NCBI GenBank assembly: GCA_036172245.1
Contig: JAYWIR010000002.1
Coordinates: 2,604,001-2,668,000, forward strand
Direction: 5' to 3'
From: Raillietiella orientalis
Lineage: Eukaryota
DNA: 64,000 bases
Shown: in pieces, positions 34,561 through 47,800 of the stretch
How the letters are laid out: each line of letters begins with the position of its first letter
Position numbering within the stretch: position 1 is the first letter of the stretch
Program-made: the position numbers and the translations under genes
The notes under the pieces: generated by a model
Told to the model about the DNA's origin: nothing
The model's database searches: none
The model's input: only the letters and a program-made list of their open reading frames with translations

Positions 34561-37500
34561 CCGGTTCATCCGAAACTACATCCACGCGTGATTAGAGGAG
34601 GCCGGGATGCGCGCCCGATGAGCTGAGGAGGGGGAAGGAAGGCGGGAGGAGGAGGAGGAGGAAGAGGAGAGCGCTCTGGGAAGGGAGGGAGAGAGAGACG
34701 GGGGCTGCCGCCGACATGCACGGACGTGCGGAGAGATCCGCGGGCGCGCCGCCCTCCACGAAGGCGCCCCGAGAGACGGGAAGCAAAGCAAAAAACAAAC
34801 AAACAAACAAGAACGGGCGAGGTGGAGCAGCCCTGGGGCGTTCTCCTCTGCGCTCAAGGACCCGACACGGCATCAGCCTCCTCCACGCTTGCCGTCCGGG
34901 ATGGCCTTGCGGAGGGGGCGGGGCTTCCTCGTCGGGAGCGCCTCCGCCCTCTTCACCCTTTCCCTCCTCCCCCCCTTTCTCACCCCCCGAGAGGGATCGA
35001 GCGAGTTCTCGGCGGGGACGCGAGCGGGCTGGGCCGCCGCCACTCCCGGAGGAGAATGTGATACCCCGCTGCTTCGCTTGGAAGAAGGGATGCGCGGCCG
35101 CTCGCGGCGTAGGGGCTTCCGGTCGGGCTCGGTCGCGTTTCGCCCTCCCATCTCCCGTACCCCCCATCCCCCACCCCATCCCGCCCTTGTCGATCGAAGA
35201 ATGGGAGCACTTCCCCTGCGGGCAGGGGGCTCTGGGGCGGGACCTGTTCGACAACCGCATACGTACGCCCCGCTGCTCGGCCCGGAAAAAAAAAGGCCCG
35301 AGGTTAAAGCAGAGAAGCAGGAGGATGGAATTTATCCGAACCTGCTGCGTGAATGGGCCTTGTAGCGTTCGGGGGATGAATCCTGCCCACCTCCCACTTC
35401 CCTCCCTATTACACATCACCGACTGATAGCCCAACTAACGGCTTTCCCCCTCCCTACCTCCCGTCTCTCTGTACAATCGAATTCTCCTAGAATTCCTCCG
35501 CGAGGGTCCTTGTCCCTCCGTTCCCGCCGACTGACGGGATGGATCGCCGGAGAGAGTCCGAAAAAGCCGCCGGAAAGTCCCCCACGGCCATCCATCACAC
35601 TCCTTTCCACCGGGCATCTTTGTCGGCCCCGTTTATCTCCGAGGCTGCTCGGCGTTTTCCCTGGGATTCCGACGATGCCTTCCGGGGAACGGAATGCGGA
35701 TCTCTTTCGCCCGGTCCGCTTCCATCGCGCTTTCCCCTCTCCTCCCCCTCTCCCCTTTTTTTTTTCCGTTATTTGCGAGGGATGACCGACATACCCTCCT
35801 GCACACGATAGGGTCTCGCGAGATCCCTATCGTGGAGCTTCGGAACGAATCCAAGAACTGGCGGTGTCATAGGTCCATCGCGCGAAGGAGAGGGAGGAAG
35901 GGTGTGCAGAGGCCGAAGGAAGAGGGGGTAACTGCTGTCAAGGAGGTAGCCGAGGTCCCCACCGGAGCGGGACTTCCTCCCCTGGGAGGAATCCTCCGGC
36001 AGGAGAGAAAGGGAGACCGGAGGAGAAAGGGAGTAGGGTTGCAGAGGGAGGGGGAGGTTTTCCGCCTCGTACGACCCTTCTTCCTCGTGAGGAGATCCCC
36101 CACCCCACTCCCACTCCCTCATGGAAACTGAAGCTTCATCTGCCCACTGCCTCCCGCTCCCCTTCTGTCCCACCCTCCCGATGGTGGACGGCAGATGAGG
36201 CAGGGGCGTTGGCAGCGCCGGTTACAGTTGCAAGAGAACTTTCCTCGAAACGCTGCTGCCGTTCGCTCGTGGTACCTCAGCGTTCCCATCTGTCTTCCGC
36301 GAGAGACCATGCGCCCTGGAAGGAGGTCCTGTGTTGCTCTCTGGCTTGCTTCTCCCGCCCGTCTAGAAAGACACCCCCTTCGCGATTTACCACGTGTTGA
36401 TTCTCTCGTGCCTGAGGGTTGCTCGTGCTTCATCCCGGAACGGCTTGTTCCGTCCTGCGGAGACCGCCAGGGCAAGCGGGCGGACTTGCACGGCGCGCGC
36501 TCGGCAGGGTCTGAGCCCCGAAAAAGGCAACGAACCGAACCCTCCTTCTCCTTCCCCCCCATCTCTTCTCCTGTGGTCGCGGGGAGGGGAAGAACGAGCG
36601 TTCGCGTGCGGGCACCCCTTCCTGATGCCTGTCCGGAGGTGAAGGGCGACTCGGAAAACTTCTGGATCCCGCGCGGTGGCTGAGAAGCAAGGAGGGATCT
36701 TTCCTCCGAGCCGAATTCGGCATCACCCGAGGACGCCTTTTCTGGATGCATCTCGTGCACGTTCCGAGATCGGACGGAGAGACGGAAGGCGGAGGAAGAA
36801 GAAGGGGAGGGGGAAGGGGGAGGCATAGATCCTGATTAGCTCCGGTAATGGACGAGGGAGAGAAGAGAGAAAATTCCGTCTGAGTACCACTTCGGAAAGG
36901 CGAAGAGGATCCGCGTCCATTCGCCCGCACGCTTCATTGGCATTCCCATCCCATCCCGGTTCCTCTCCTCGTTGGCGATGAGCTCGAAGAGGTCCCGTTC
37001 CCCCTCCGAATTACAATAATAACAAACTGTTGCCTTTCTGGGGCTTCCTTGGCCTCGTCACGGCGGCAGCACAACAACCCGCCTCGAGCCGGGAAGCCTC
37101 CTCTCTCGGACGTCGGATGCGAGGCATCCCAGCGACGGCGCGCGTTGACTCGCTTCCGTTCCGCGCGAGTCGATCGTCTGAGGGATGGCGCTGGACTGGC
37201 GCTCGCCCGTGAGCGCGCGGCCTCACGAGGGAGACCTCCCGGCGATAAAATGTCCCCCACCTTGGGGGGAAGAAAAAAGCGAAACAGTTCGTACATGCAT
37301 CCCGCCTCCCAGAAAGAAATGCGAACGTGCGTTGATGGTTTCAGTTCCTGACGTCAGGAGCGTCTTCAAACCTCCTTCCCCCTTTCCTTCTCTGTCTTCC
37401 CCTCCCCTCCTCCCACCCTTCCATCTCCTCCTCTTCTCCTCACAACAGTCTGATTACTTCGCTTTTTTGGTCCTGCAGCTCAGATTTCGAAAAACTTTTC

Positions 37501-40500
37501 ACCGAGCGGGAGAGCTTCCCCCCCCCCTTCCTCCCCCAAAAGTTTTCCAATTCGTGCTGCTGCTTGACGATGATCTCGGAGCACGGATGATCCCGGTGCA
37601 CGCGGACTCCGTTGTCGTCGCTGGCGGGAGGAGGGCCCGCTTCCTTCAACGAGAGCGCGAACGGGACTGGGCGGAGCTTCCAGTGGGTTGCATACGTCAT
37701 CGAGAGACAGGTGATCGAGTTGCTGAGTCCGGATGTCTAGCAGCAGCTCTATCATCGCTCGTGCTACAGCTGACGTGTGGATCTCTTCCCTTCGGCCCTC
37801 TTCCTCCTTACCCTTCGCCTCCCCTCGAAAGAAGCATCCGAACCCAAGCCGATTTGACTTTGGTCCAGCATCTGCTCGTTTCAGACTCCGGAATGCTCGT
37901 CCTCCCTCTTCCATCCTTGATGGCATCTCAAGAAACGCTTGCTGGGATGGACTGAGACTCGGGACGGTTCGGAAAAGTGTTCCTTTCCGAATATGTCCCG
38001 AATGAGCTCGCGTCAGCGAATCGATCTGATCAGAAAACTGTAGCAGCAGCAGCATCCACATCTCGGGTCCACTGCATCCTCTCAGCAGAGAAAGCAGACC
38101 CATATTAACGTCCAAATCCACTTCCGGAACAGCGAACAGCGCTTTTCCGTCGCAGATAATGAGGTCTCAGCACCTTTTTCTTTGTGCATCCGGCGACCTT
38201 CCTATGAGAGCTCCGAGGAGTGGTTGCTGCTGCTGCTGCTAGTGGAGTTTCCAAGGAACGAACTGGATTTCGATCGAAGGGCGGACCGAGGCCGAGCTGA
38301 AGAGGTCCATCTTTTCCCTCAGCAATATGGGTTCCTGTTCCCCCTCCCTCCCCCTCCCATCTGTGAGAACTTTTGTTCTCGACGCCCGTTTCCATCCGTA
38401 GAGAGCTACCTGAGATTTCTCTAGAGCGACCTCGACTCTTCAGGTCATTTCTCTCGGGCGCTGAAGTGAGCAGACCACCTCATTTTCCAGGAACGAGTCA
38501 TCGCTCACGATCGAAGTCGGACACATCAAATGGAATTTCAGATCGACGGCTTCATCCCAGTCATTTTCCACTCCCCTCCGTCGAAGATTCCAGAAGAAAA
38601 CCCGTTCCAAGCCCTCCGCACCTACTCCGCCTTCTTACCCCAGTCCGGACTTCCGAGGTGCAGCTCTCCCTGAGTCTACTTTATTAGTTCTCCTCCGGGA
38701 TGAGGGTTTCCTGCAGCCTCCAAAGAAGATCAAGGTGAATACGCTCAGCCCCTCTTTTGGCTGCAGCCCGGTGTTTTCGCAGACTCCATTCGGAGGAATC
38801 GTTGATCTCCTTTCTGAACGCCGTCGGGCCGCTGGTAGGGAGGAACTGGAATTGCAACTGCTCCCGCCGTTGCGCTGCGCAGAGAAATTTTTCCCTGAGG
38901 CAACTCCTTTCCAGGTGCGGCGCGAGGGTGCCTGACTCCCCTAGGCAAAGGAAAATTTGGCGCCTTATGTATTAAAAAAATATGCAAGCGAAAAATTAAC
39001 AAAACGCCATTGTTCACCCTGTAATTTGGCGAGCCTAGTAACCTGGTGCCCATCGGCAATGCTTATATTCGCCTAATGGTAAAACCGACTCTGCTCCTTA
39101 CCATGTGGGTGTGGACGAGATGTTCTGTAACGTCGGAGAAAGGAATCACATCAGCAGACCTTCCTGAAAGAGGACAAATCTTCATCCAGCCACAAGCCTA
39201 AAGATACCGAGATGTTGTCTCACACGATGCTGAATCTGCCCCACCTGCGGTATGATGAATCTGATTGCGACGGATGGCCGGGACCCTTGCATCTTCAGTC
39301 TGCAGCCCGAGTCCTCACCATGGTGTAGAAATCCTTCAGGAAGCAGTGGAAAGCTCATCATCGTCCCTAATTCTTGTGGCTCGCCGGTGAGGATCCTGCA
39401 GTGGGCGTTGGACACAAAAGTACCAAAAATGTATCTATTGTTGCGTCTCTCCCTGTCTCCGCACGGATGGAGAATCTCCTTCCTAATCTCCCACTCCGCA
39501 CACAATCGCTCCCTGTTCCGTTTACCATAGAAACGCTTCCTTTTCCAGATTCCAGAATCTTCGGCCTTCTTATCCGCTCCTGTTTCCTTTTATTCCTTTC
39601 CACTTGTTAATTCTGGGACGTTGCAATGTTCGGGTATGTGTGTGTGTGTTTTTGCTCTTCTTCTTCCTCCTCTTCCATCTTCAAAATCGAAAGGAACTCC
39701 AAGAAAGCAATCAGCTTCCAATTCGACTCCCCAGCAGCTCGTGGAACGGAGCTTCCTATTTCATTTCCGAGCTCGCTCGCTATTGGACGGCTTTCAATAG
39801 GGACCGGACTGGATCGTTGATGGCGTGAAAATCCCTCATTGGTTAGTCCTTTGTTTCATTCCTGTATTCCATTCTGCAAACGGATCCTCCTTAAACTTAT
39901 CTTCGGGTTCACTGATGTGTGTTTTTACTAGAAGCGTCGGCAGTGTTTGTCAACTGTCGGAAACCCTCCCGACACACAGCTTTTTCCCATCTTCTTTCTT
40001 TCTTCCTTTTTTTTGTGTATGTGCGTGTGTGGATTCCTGGAGGAAGTGAGTAATCACAGGTTAAAGTCTCTCCCTGATGGCGCATAGCCAGATCCCCGAG
40101 CCGTGCCAAAGAGTCTCCTCTCGACAGATGGGGAATCTTCGAAGGGTCCTTGCGAGGAATTGATGGTCCAGTCTTGCTCCCATTGAAAAATGCGAACCAC
40201 AACGTGGCGATTACCTCCTCTCTCCCTCTTCCTTATCAAGAGCCTGGTCGTTGCCTTCGAGTTCTCTTGTTTCTGCTCCTGCCTTCCTCTCTCGTGGCTA
40301 GACCCTTGGAGCTAGATGGAACGCACCCCTGCCTCGCGGTTTCTGATCTGCTTTTCCTCCTACATCTCGGCCGGAAACGCTGTCAGATTCTCCTGGTTTA
40401 TCTACGACTACATCGGACTCATCTATGGGGATGTTTCTAACAAGAAAGGAAAAATCTCGAAGCTTCTAGCTTCATCTTCTTTCTCGATTTCCCGTGCTGT

Positions 40501-41428
40501 GGACGGCCATTCGGTGCATCCCTTGCTCAAAGCACTGCATCTCCGTTATCTCACAGAGGGATCTCTAAGAAGGAATTTTTAGGGCGATTCGCTCATGCCG
40601 ACGGATACCACCAACCGCGGACCCAACTGAGCCTTCCAAAACGGTGATCCTCTTTCTGTCATCAGGATCCCATGAGTCACCTCCTACTCTCACCCCGATT
40701 TCTTTCACGTACTTCCGATACACAGTCACTTTCGACGTTTCAGTTCAGTGCGGGTGTATTCGTGGGTTTCCAACAAAAAGATGCAACGAGAGACGGCCCG
40801 TCGCATCTGCATGCTCTCTTTCGACCTTCACTGCAGCAGTTCATCCCGACTAACCCTTAACCGATTTGGCACGATCCTGATTCGGCGCGACGCCGGCAGC
40901 ACAGCACGCGTTTGGACGGCACAAAAGCGGCTGCACCCTGTCGGGAATCGGCTTAACACTTCGGCCGCACTGGCGTTCCTTTGAGGAGACGCCCTTCGGT
41001 GGAAAGGCTGTACAAGAACACTTAAACGACAGCAACAACAAAGAAGACAAATACCGGGAGCTAATGCCCCTCCTTTCCGCTATCTATCTGGGGAGCGCCG
41101 GCAAGCGTCGATGGAGGGATCCCCGGAACCATGGAACCCGAGGAGCGGCGAAATGCCCAGAGAACTCACGCACGCAAGCAGAAAAGCTTAAGAAGAGGTG
41201 GGTGCGTGCCGACGTGCAGCATAGCCGTGACACGTATCGGGCTCGCCGTCCAGGCCACCGGCCAGGACGACGATGCCCAGATGGTGTCCGAGAACCGTCC
41301 CCCGCTGCCGCGGAGTTGTTGGGTTCGTCTGCTCGCAAATCAGAGTATGCGCGTGTTGGCGTGGAGGTCGTCGATGCTTTTATGGTCTCCCTAAACGTTG
41401 ATGGGTTCCATACAAACGGAGTACCCGG

Positions 41429-41800
41429 ATGTTAGGCAGAGGCAAAGGAGGAGAAGGGAGAGGCGAGGTCAGAGTCCCCTATGGAGTTCCCGCGCCGGCC
41501 TGCAGCCGCGATCGGTCCCATCCATCGGTTGCTGCTCAGGAGGCCAACTGTGTGCCTGAGCTCCCGCGTAACTGCCGCAGAGCATTTGGCCGGATTGCTG
41601 GAACTGACCGGGAACGCAGGTGGTGGCAGAAGAAAGCCGCCGCACTGCTGCATTCCGTGCACCACGCGCAGCTGTTCGTCCGCGCCGACGAAGAGCCGAT
41701 CAGGGGTGCTGGCCGCTTGGCAACCGCTGAGGAAGGTGCGCTGCCCGGCGCGTTGGGCCCGCGCCCCGCTTTCGCAAAGGAAAGGGAAAACAAAAACGTC
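41429..41800 (+). pseudogene. histone H2A-like relic (one of the best-preserved copies), frameshifted
   Basis: MLGRGKGG, SSRAGLQ, IGPIHRLL, EHLAGLLELTGNA, HAQLFVRADEE, EEGALP colinear with H2A across frames. Confidence 0.9.
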
Positions 41801-44800
41801 AGTCTCCGGTGGATGTTTCTGCGCCATGCCTTCTAGAGTCAGAAAGGAGTAGGGACGAAATCGGATCGTTCCTGCTTAGCATCAGGACACTGGGCAAGAG
41901 CGGGCTCACGTGGCCGTAGATTCCAACACATTAGCAAAAATTGTTCCTTGTAAAGGGAGGAACGGCAAGACTGTCAAGGAGGTTGCAGTCTCCGTGGAGA
42001 CGAAGAGAGCTTTTAAAAAAGGATCCTGTGAGCGGCAACATCCAGATCTCTCCGGAGATCTACTGGGGACACCATATAGGTTATTTACAGTAATCCTACC
42101 CAATAGAAAGAGCCGAAAAGGCTGTGAGGGAAGGTGGAAAAGGAGTGGAAAATGAGTAAAATTCTTCCCTTTCCTTCCCTCTCATGCGACGTTCAGTTTC
42201 TATTCTACGTCAGCCCTTCTGAGAGGAGGAGGAGGGGCACTTTTTTGACTTGAATAAAAAACTTCAGACCGGATAACCAGATGGTGGAGAATCCTCTTAA
42301 ACGGTTCATCTTATGTAACAAAATTCTGAATGCATCTCGTTAAATCCCATCTTTCCTCATCTTTTGAAAGGTTTTCTGGTGCAGACCGCTGCAAGGTAAC
42401 CACTTTTTTCAAAAAGCAGCAAAGTGCCTCCAAAGGTGGCGAATTTGACCCGTTTCTCCCTTTTTGGGTTTGTCTCTTCCTCTCGACACGTTTCCATGTG
42501 TGGAGGAGGAAGTAAGCTCTTTTGGATCGGATACTTGAATCCGGGCAGGGAGGCGCGCTGTCTCTTCTCCAGCAGATCTGGAGAGCAAAGAGTTTCTGGG
42601 ATGGAAACAAAATTGGACAAGCAGGGGAATGGGATGCTTCCTTCCCCAACATCTTGAAAGGTAGACTCACGTTGGCTAAGCAGGCAGAGTGGCAGCTTGG
42701 CAACTTGACTCCTTTCCCCCTCCTTCCAGGCAGCTCTTTAAGAGGGCACCATTCTTGAAGAATCTGAGGCATCGCTGCTTGACCAGACCGTCCATGGTAA
42801 CGCGTCTCAACCTTGGCAATTGTTCCACAGAATAGCAGTTTCTCAGAAGAGAAGCAATCTAAAAGATCTTTTCTGTCTTCGAGTTTGCCCTTCCATGCCA
42901 TCGGTCTTCATTTCCTTCTGGCGATTGGACTTTTGCAAGGGAAGGGAAGGGAGAAAGGATAATTGCTTTCTTGACGTTCCCTGCCTTCTTCGTCCCTGTT
43001 TACGTTGGGAAGATCATCTGGAAACTTCATGCACCCAGTGCCTCCATTTTTCAAGCGCGGGAATGCGCTCGCGTCGTCACCAATGATACTGTGGCTCCTG
43101 TTATTCCTGTGGCTCTTTGCTTTCTTGCACATCATCAGGTTCCTCCGGCGCGCAAGGTCACCTGGAAAAGAATAGCCACCATCTCGTAGAGCCGTTTGCT
43201 GCCACCATCACTGACGTGCTGAAGAGCAATGAAATGGTCCGACCTTAGGATGCGCAGCAGAAGCGAACAGGTGACCGGGCAGACTAACCCGAAATCGACC
43301 AACGCACCCCTTCCCCTTGTTTCCCTTCCCAAGGCAGGCTCTCGGGAATCACTTCCAGTATCGTTCATCATATCCCCCATCCCTTTATTTATTTATTGGC
43401 CCTTCCTCCTCTTCTTCCGCTACTCCTTAGTTCCGTCCTCGATGGAAGTTCTCTCTTTGGTTTCGTGCTGGAACGTGTCGGTCCTCCTTCTCTACCTCTG
43501 GATAAATTTTTTTTTTGTTTATTTGCATCAGATGGATGACTCGGAGATCTGGGATGAGAAGGTCAGATGTCTTGCCTCATTCCAATGGTTTCAGAGTTTT
43601 GAAAGACATCCTTGCCATCTCACGAGAGCTCTCTGTTTGATCTCCGAAAAACCAGAGTGGCGGAAATTGCTCCGGAACGAGTGGAAGCTGGGAGGAGGAG
43701 GAGAAGAAGAAGAGAAAATCCAGGAACATGAAACAGCTTCCTGGATCTTCCTCTTTGACAGAAACATTTCGTGTTTGGAGGAGACTCCACGTCCGTGTTG
43801 CGGCACACTCGATACGCTGTAGAGGCCGGGAGATCAACGGGAACAAATGAGTTTCTCGGAGAGCATCGCCATGTTCCCGTCTTAAAAAGGCAAGGTGCTC
43901 GGGGAAGAAACAGACAGAATCCCGAACGCCAGTGAGACCAGGATCTCGTAAGAACGGGAGCTCTGCATCCCAGAACAGGGCGAAGGATGCTGATGCTTTT
44001 TGTCTCCTAGCCACTTTGGTGGCAGGGTCTTCATGAGGGATTGGAAGCGAAAGCGGGATGGACCGAAGGATGGACCCAGGCGAGAGCACCGCGCAGGAGG
44101 GGACTTGGAATTTGGGAAGCCGTTGCACCCCCTGAAGGAGGAAAGGCCGAGAAATCATCCGAAGAGGCATAATGGGCCTCATGTAAGACGGTCGCTTGAA
44201 CTTTTCCTCCCACAAGGATGGCGATATGGTCGGAAACGTTCCTCAGGGGAAGCTGCGCAGTGCTTCCACGATGCCATGCAGAAAGCAGAGACCAGATGTC
44301 GGATGAAGAGCTCGAATCGAGCTGCTTCAAGTAAAAGAGGAAAGCCGGGGACTTCGCTTGCTCTGTCCTTTCGTCTCGAGGAGAGCTCTGAATCCTCTGG
44401 ACCGGGTGAGCCGGGCGATTCCTTCCAGAAACTGGAGACCTGCTCTTCCCAAGGAAGAAGACGCTTCATCGTGATGGAAACTCGAAGAGAAGTTCCTGAT
44501 GACGGGTGCTCGGGTGCTTCCGGTGGGGATGCCGCCTTCGACCCCTGAGCAGGAAAAAGCAAAGTGGGCGCACCCAAGGGGGCCTTTCCTCTCGAGGTCG
44601 TCTTTGCGGTCCCTGGAAGGGGGAATCGCCTGGATGAAGAGTCCTGGGAAGAATTCTCTCTACCTTCATCATACCGAGCGGTTCGGGCTAGGTCGCAGGA
44701 CAGATGTCAAAAAGATCGGCGTCAATGGCGGCGAGCTCGCACTGCGTCCTTTCAGGGAGCCCACTGGACCGCCTCAGGAAGCAGAGCTTTCCGAGAACGC

Positions 44801-47800
44801 CTTCCCATTCGGCTTCCGAGGCACCCAAGGGCATTCTCCCTGCTGCTCACCGTGCCCCTCACGTCTACGCTATCCCGACTGTCCCGGAAGCATCCCGAAA
44901 CTCTTCCAGGAGTCGCACAAGCCTGAAGATTCTCCTCACTCCGGGGGGGAAGGGGAAAAGAGTTTCTTCCATTGCCCTTCCCCCCCCTGCAGACTCGCGA
45001 GGTGGAATGCCCAAGGAGAAAGGAGAAAGTACCCTTGGACAGGATCCCCATCACGAGGGAGGAGCAGAAAGGCGTCTCGGATCGACCCTTAGTCCTCCTC
45101 CAGAAGTCCCATTGTGTTCTTGGTAGAATCTCTGGCGGATGCTGGGTTTCTTTCATGCTTGCAAATAGTAAAACCGGGAATGTATTGCCGTACGAAAAAT
45201 CGGGCCATAGATGCCCCTCAGGGACGAGGAACCTGGGAGCTCGTCCAGCTTCCCCCTTCTTTTCCTGCTTACCTTTCCTCCTGAGTGTCTCTCGCGCGTC
45301 CTTCGCCTCCGGGACCCGGATCGGGAGCTCCTTTGCCGAAGATACTGTGTCTCATTTCTTATCCCTGCTCCCTGTTATCCCCTGGACCCCACCTCCGCGG
45401 GCATCCTTCCGTTCCCTCCCTTCGACCTGACTCATCATCTCCTTCCGGACATTCCAGCGACCTCGTTTTCACCCCGCGGGGTCTCTGTCTACTCCCCAAA
45501 CTGACAGGAATTGTCCGCAGCGTGCTCGGGCACCCTGAGAGTTTCCTGTCAAGCGAAGGGAACTTAACCTTCCGGCTTCCCCGTTTCCCGCGTGTCATCG
45601 CTCCCCTCGATTAAAAAGCTTCATGACCCCGGCAAGACAGGCTTGCAGAGGGAAGTGTCCCTGGAGACCCGCTTTGCATCTCCAAGCCTCAGTCTGGATC
45701 TCCAGACGTGATCTCCGAGATGGTCTTCTTACGGGGCCCGAACCCTGGAAACCAGAAGAGGGTGGCGCAGATCTGTCTGAGGTTCTTCGTTTTCCTGGGA
45801 GGCAGCGAGAGGTCCAGACGCACTCATGGTCACCGGAAATCCTAGATGACTCCCTCCATCGGCATCGCCCGCAGGTTCTCGAGTTCCCCGACAGAGGGGA
45901 AGAACCCCAGGGAGCAACCGCAGACCCTTACGCGCCGGCCTTGCGACCTTTTCCCTCCCCTGGAGCTTCCCACGTGCGCCATGAGTGCCCCCAGGATCTA
46001 CCAGCAGCCTCGCCTTCCGTCCTCTTCCAAGAATCGCGGGACCGATCTAGGAATAGCTTCCCTAATACTGCACCTTTCCCCCCACCTCCAGTCCCTCAGC
46101 ACCTTGGGAGAGGCAGCCGTCCCCGGAGGGAAGAAAGGGGGGGAGGATGGAAACGATATCTCCGTGCGTGCCCGCTTGCTCTCTCGCTGAAGCTTCTGTT
46201 TACTTATGAGGTGCTTCCAGAGGATGAAGGGATGTACTTGGTGGGAGTTAAAGGGGAGATGAAGAGTCAGAATGTCTCCTCTGCGGGTGACCTCGACCGC
46301 CTTCCTCCGCCGCGGTCGAGCTGATGGTCCCCAAGGTCGGGGGCCGCCAGCTGCAAAACATCTCGGTACAGGAGGAGAAACTCCGGGGGTCTTCCGCTCG
46401 TTGCCCATTCCCGTTTCTCCTTTTTCTCCCTCCCTTATGGGGTAGTCAAAGCTGTCAGGCTTTGTGCTTCCCCGTCCTGACTACTCGAGCGTCCCGTTCC
46501 CTCGGGAAGCAGGCATATCCCGAAAAGGGCCGCGAATCCCTCTTGCTCAGCTCCATCCCGATTTGCTCGTCCCCGCGAGGCACGCCTAGAGCGTTCCGAG
46601 AAGGAGAGGAGATGGAACCAGGAAGGGGAGCACCTCTCTCGGTTTCTTCCTCCCCCTCTCCCTCCGTACATCAGTCCTTTTGTCCTACTGCTTCCCAGTC
46701 CGGCTTCGGCTCCCTTTCCCAGTGCCTGGAGGAAGAATCCCTTCTCGAGGAAATTCCACTCCCTTTGGGAACGCACCTGGCACCCCGGAGGGAGCCACCT
46801 TTATCAGGAATGCTCACCGCTCCCCCCCTCTCAACCCCACCGCGGTTTCCTCAAGACCCGTTCGTCTCGGACTCCTGCGACCTTTGCCATCGCCACCTCG
46901 GCTGTCTCACACGGCCGCGGCGGTCCTCGAACTGCTGCAGTCTCGCAGGGGAGCCTCTGAATCTCAGGAGGCTTTCTTCTGGGCTCTCGTCTCTGCCTTG
47001 GGGATCCGGAAGGGCACGTCGCATCAAGGGGTCTTGGTAGACGTCAGGGGGAAAGGGGAGGGAATTGTCGATCTCCGGCCGGCCCAGCAGCCTCAAGGAC
47101 GGGGCGTATCCCGGCAAACAGTCAGGAGGAAGATGACAGGGAAGTTCGGATCCGGTGGCTGGAGGGAGCCCGCAGAGCTTAGGGAGCGGTGGTAGCAGCG
47201 GGTGTTCCCTCAACACGTTGAGAATCGGGAAGCAGCAAGACCAGGGAAGGCGAAGGAGCGGGAGCGCACGCGAGAAGGCGGCGGTGGACCCAGGAATCTC
47301 TCTTTCCTCGCTCATCCTCACATCCAAGCAACCACTCCTTTCTGTCGAGGGGGAGGTCCTTGGGACACGGGAGCGGGCGGAAGCTGTGGAGACCCGGTTC
47401 CTGCCAAGCCACTCGCTCGCAAAGCGAGGGGAAGAAGTGCAAGGGAGGAAGGGGGTAAGAAGAAAGGTCTCGTCCCTTCTCACTGGGGTGGGCACGCTCC
47501 TCCTCCGCTCCCGCGCGGGAGCGGAGTCCTCGCTTCTTCTCCTCTTCCGGGAATCGAAGAGAAAAATTGGGATCCTGTCACCGGGATGAAAAAACAAAAA
47601 AACAGGGAAGAGGGGGGGGGGTGATGGAAGGAAGGAAAAGTAGAAAGAGGAAAAGCAAGAAAAATGCGCAGGAGACGGCACAGATGTTCCTGGAGCTGCT
47701 GGCTAATAAATTTGTCAACGGGAGCGACGGCCTGCGTGTTACGCGCGGTCTCCCGATTTTCACGCACTTCATCATGGCTGGGGCTCACCGCTCGCGATCA

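Noticed and set aside
41429-41836. Functional histone H2A gene
   Set aside because: Multiple frameshifts, substitutions in the core, no 3' stem-loop seen.
43510-43822. Exon of a second protein-coding gene after a poly-T..cag acceptor
   Set aside because: The peptide is explained as an H2B/H2A relic; no donor or partner exons identified.
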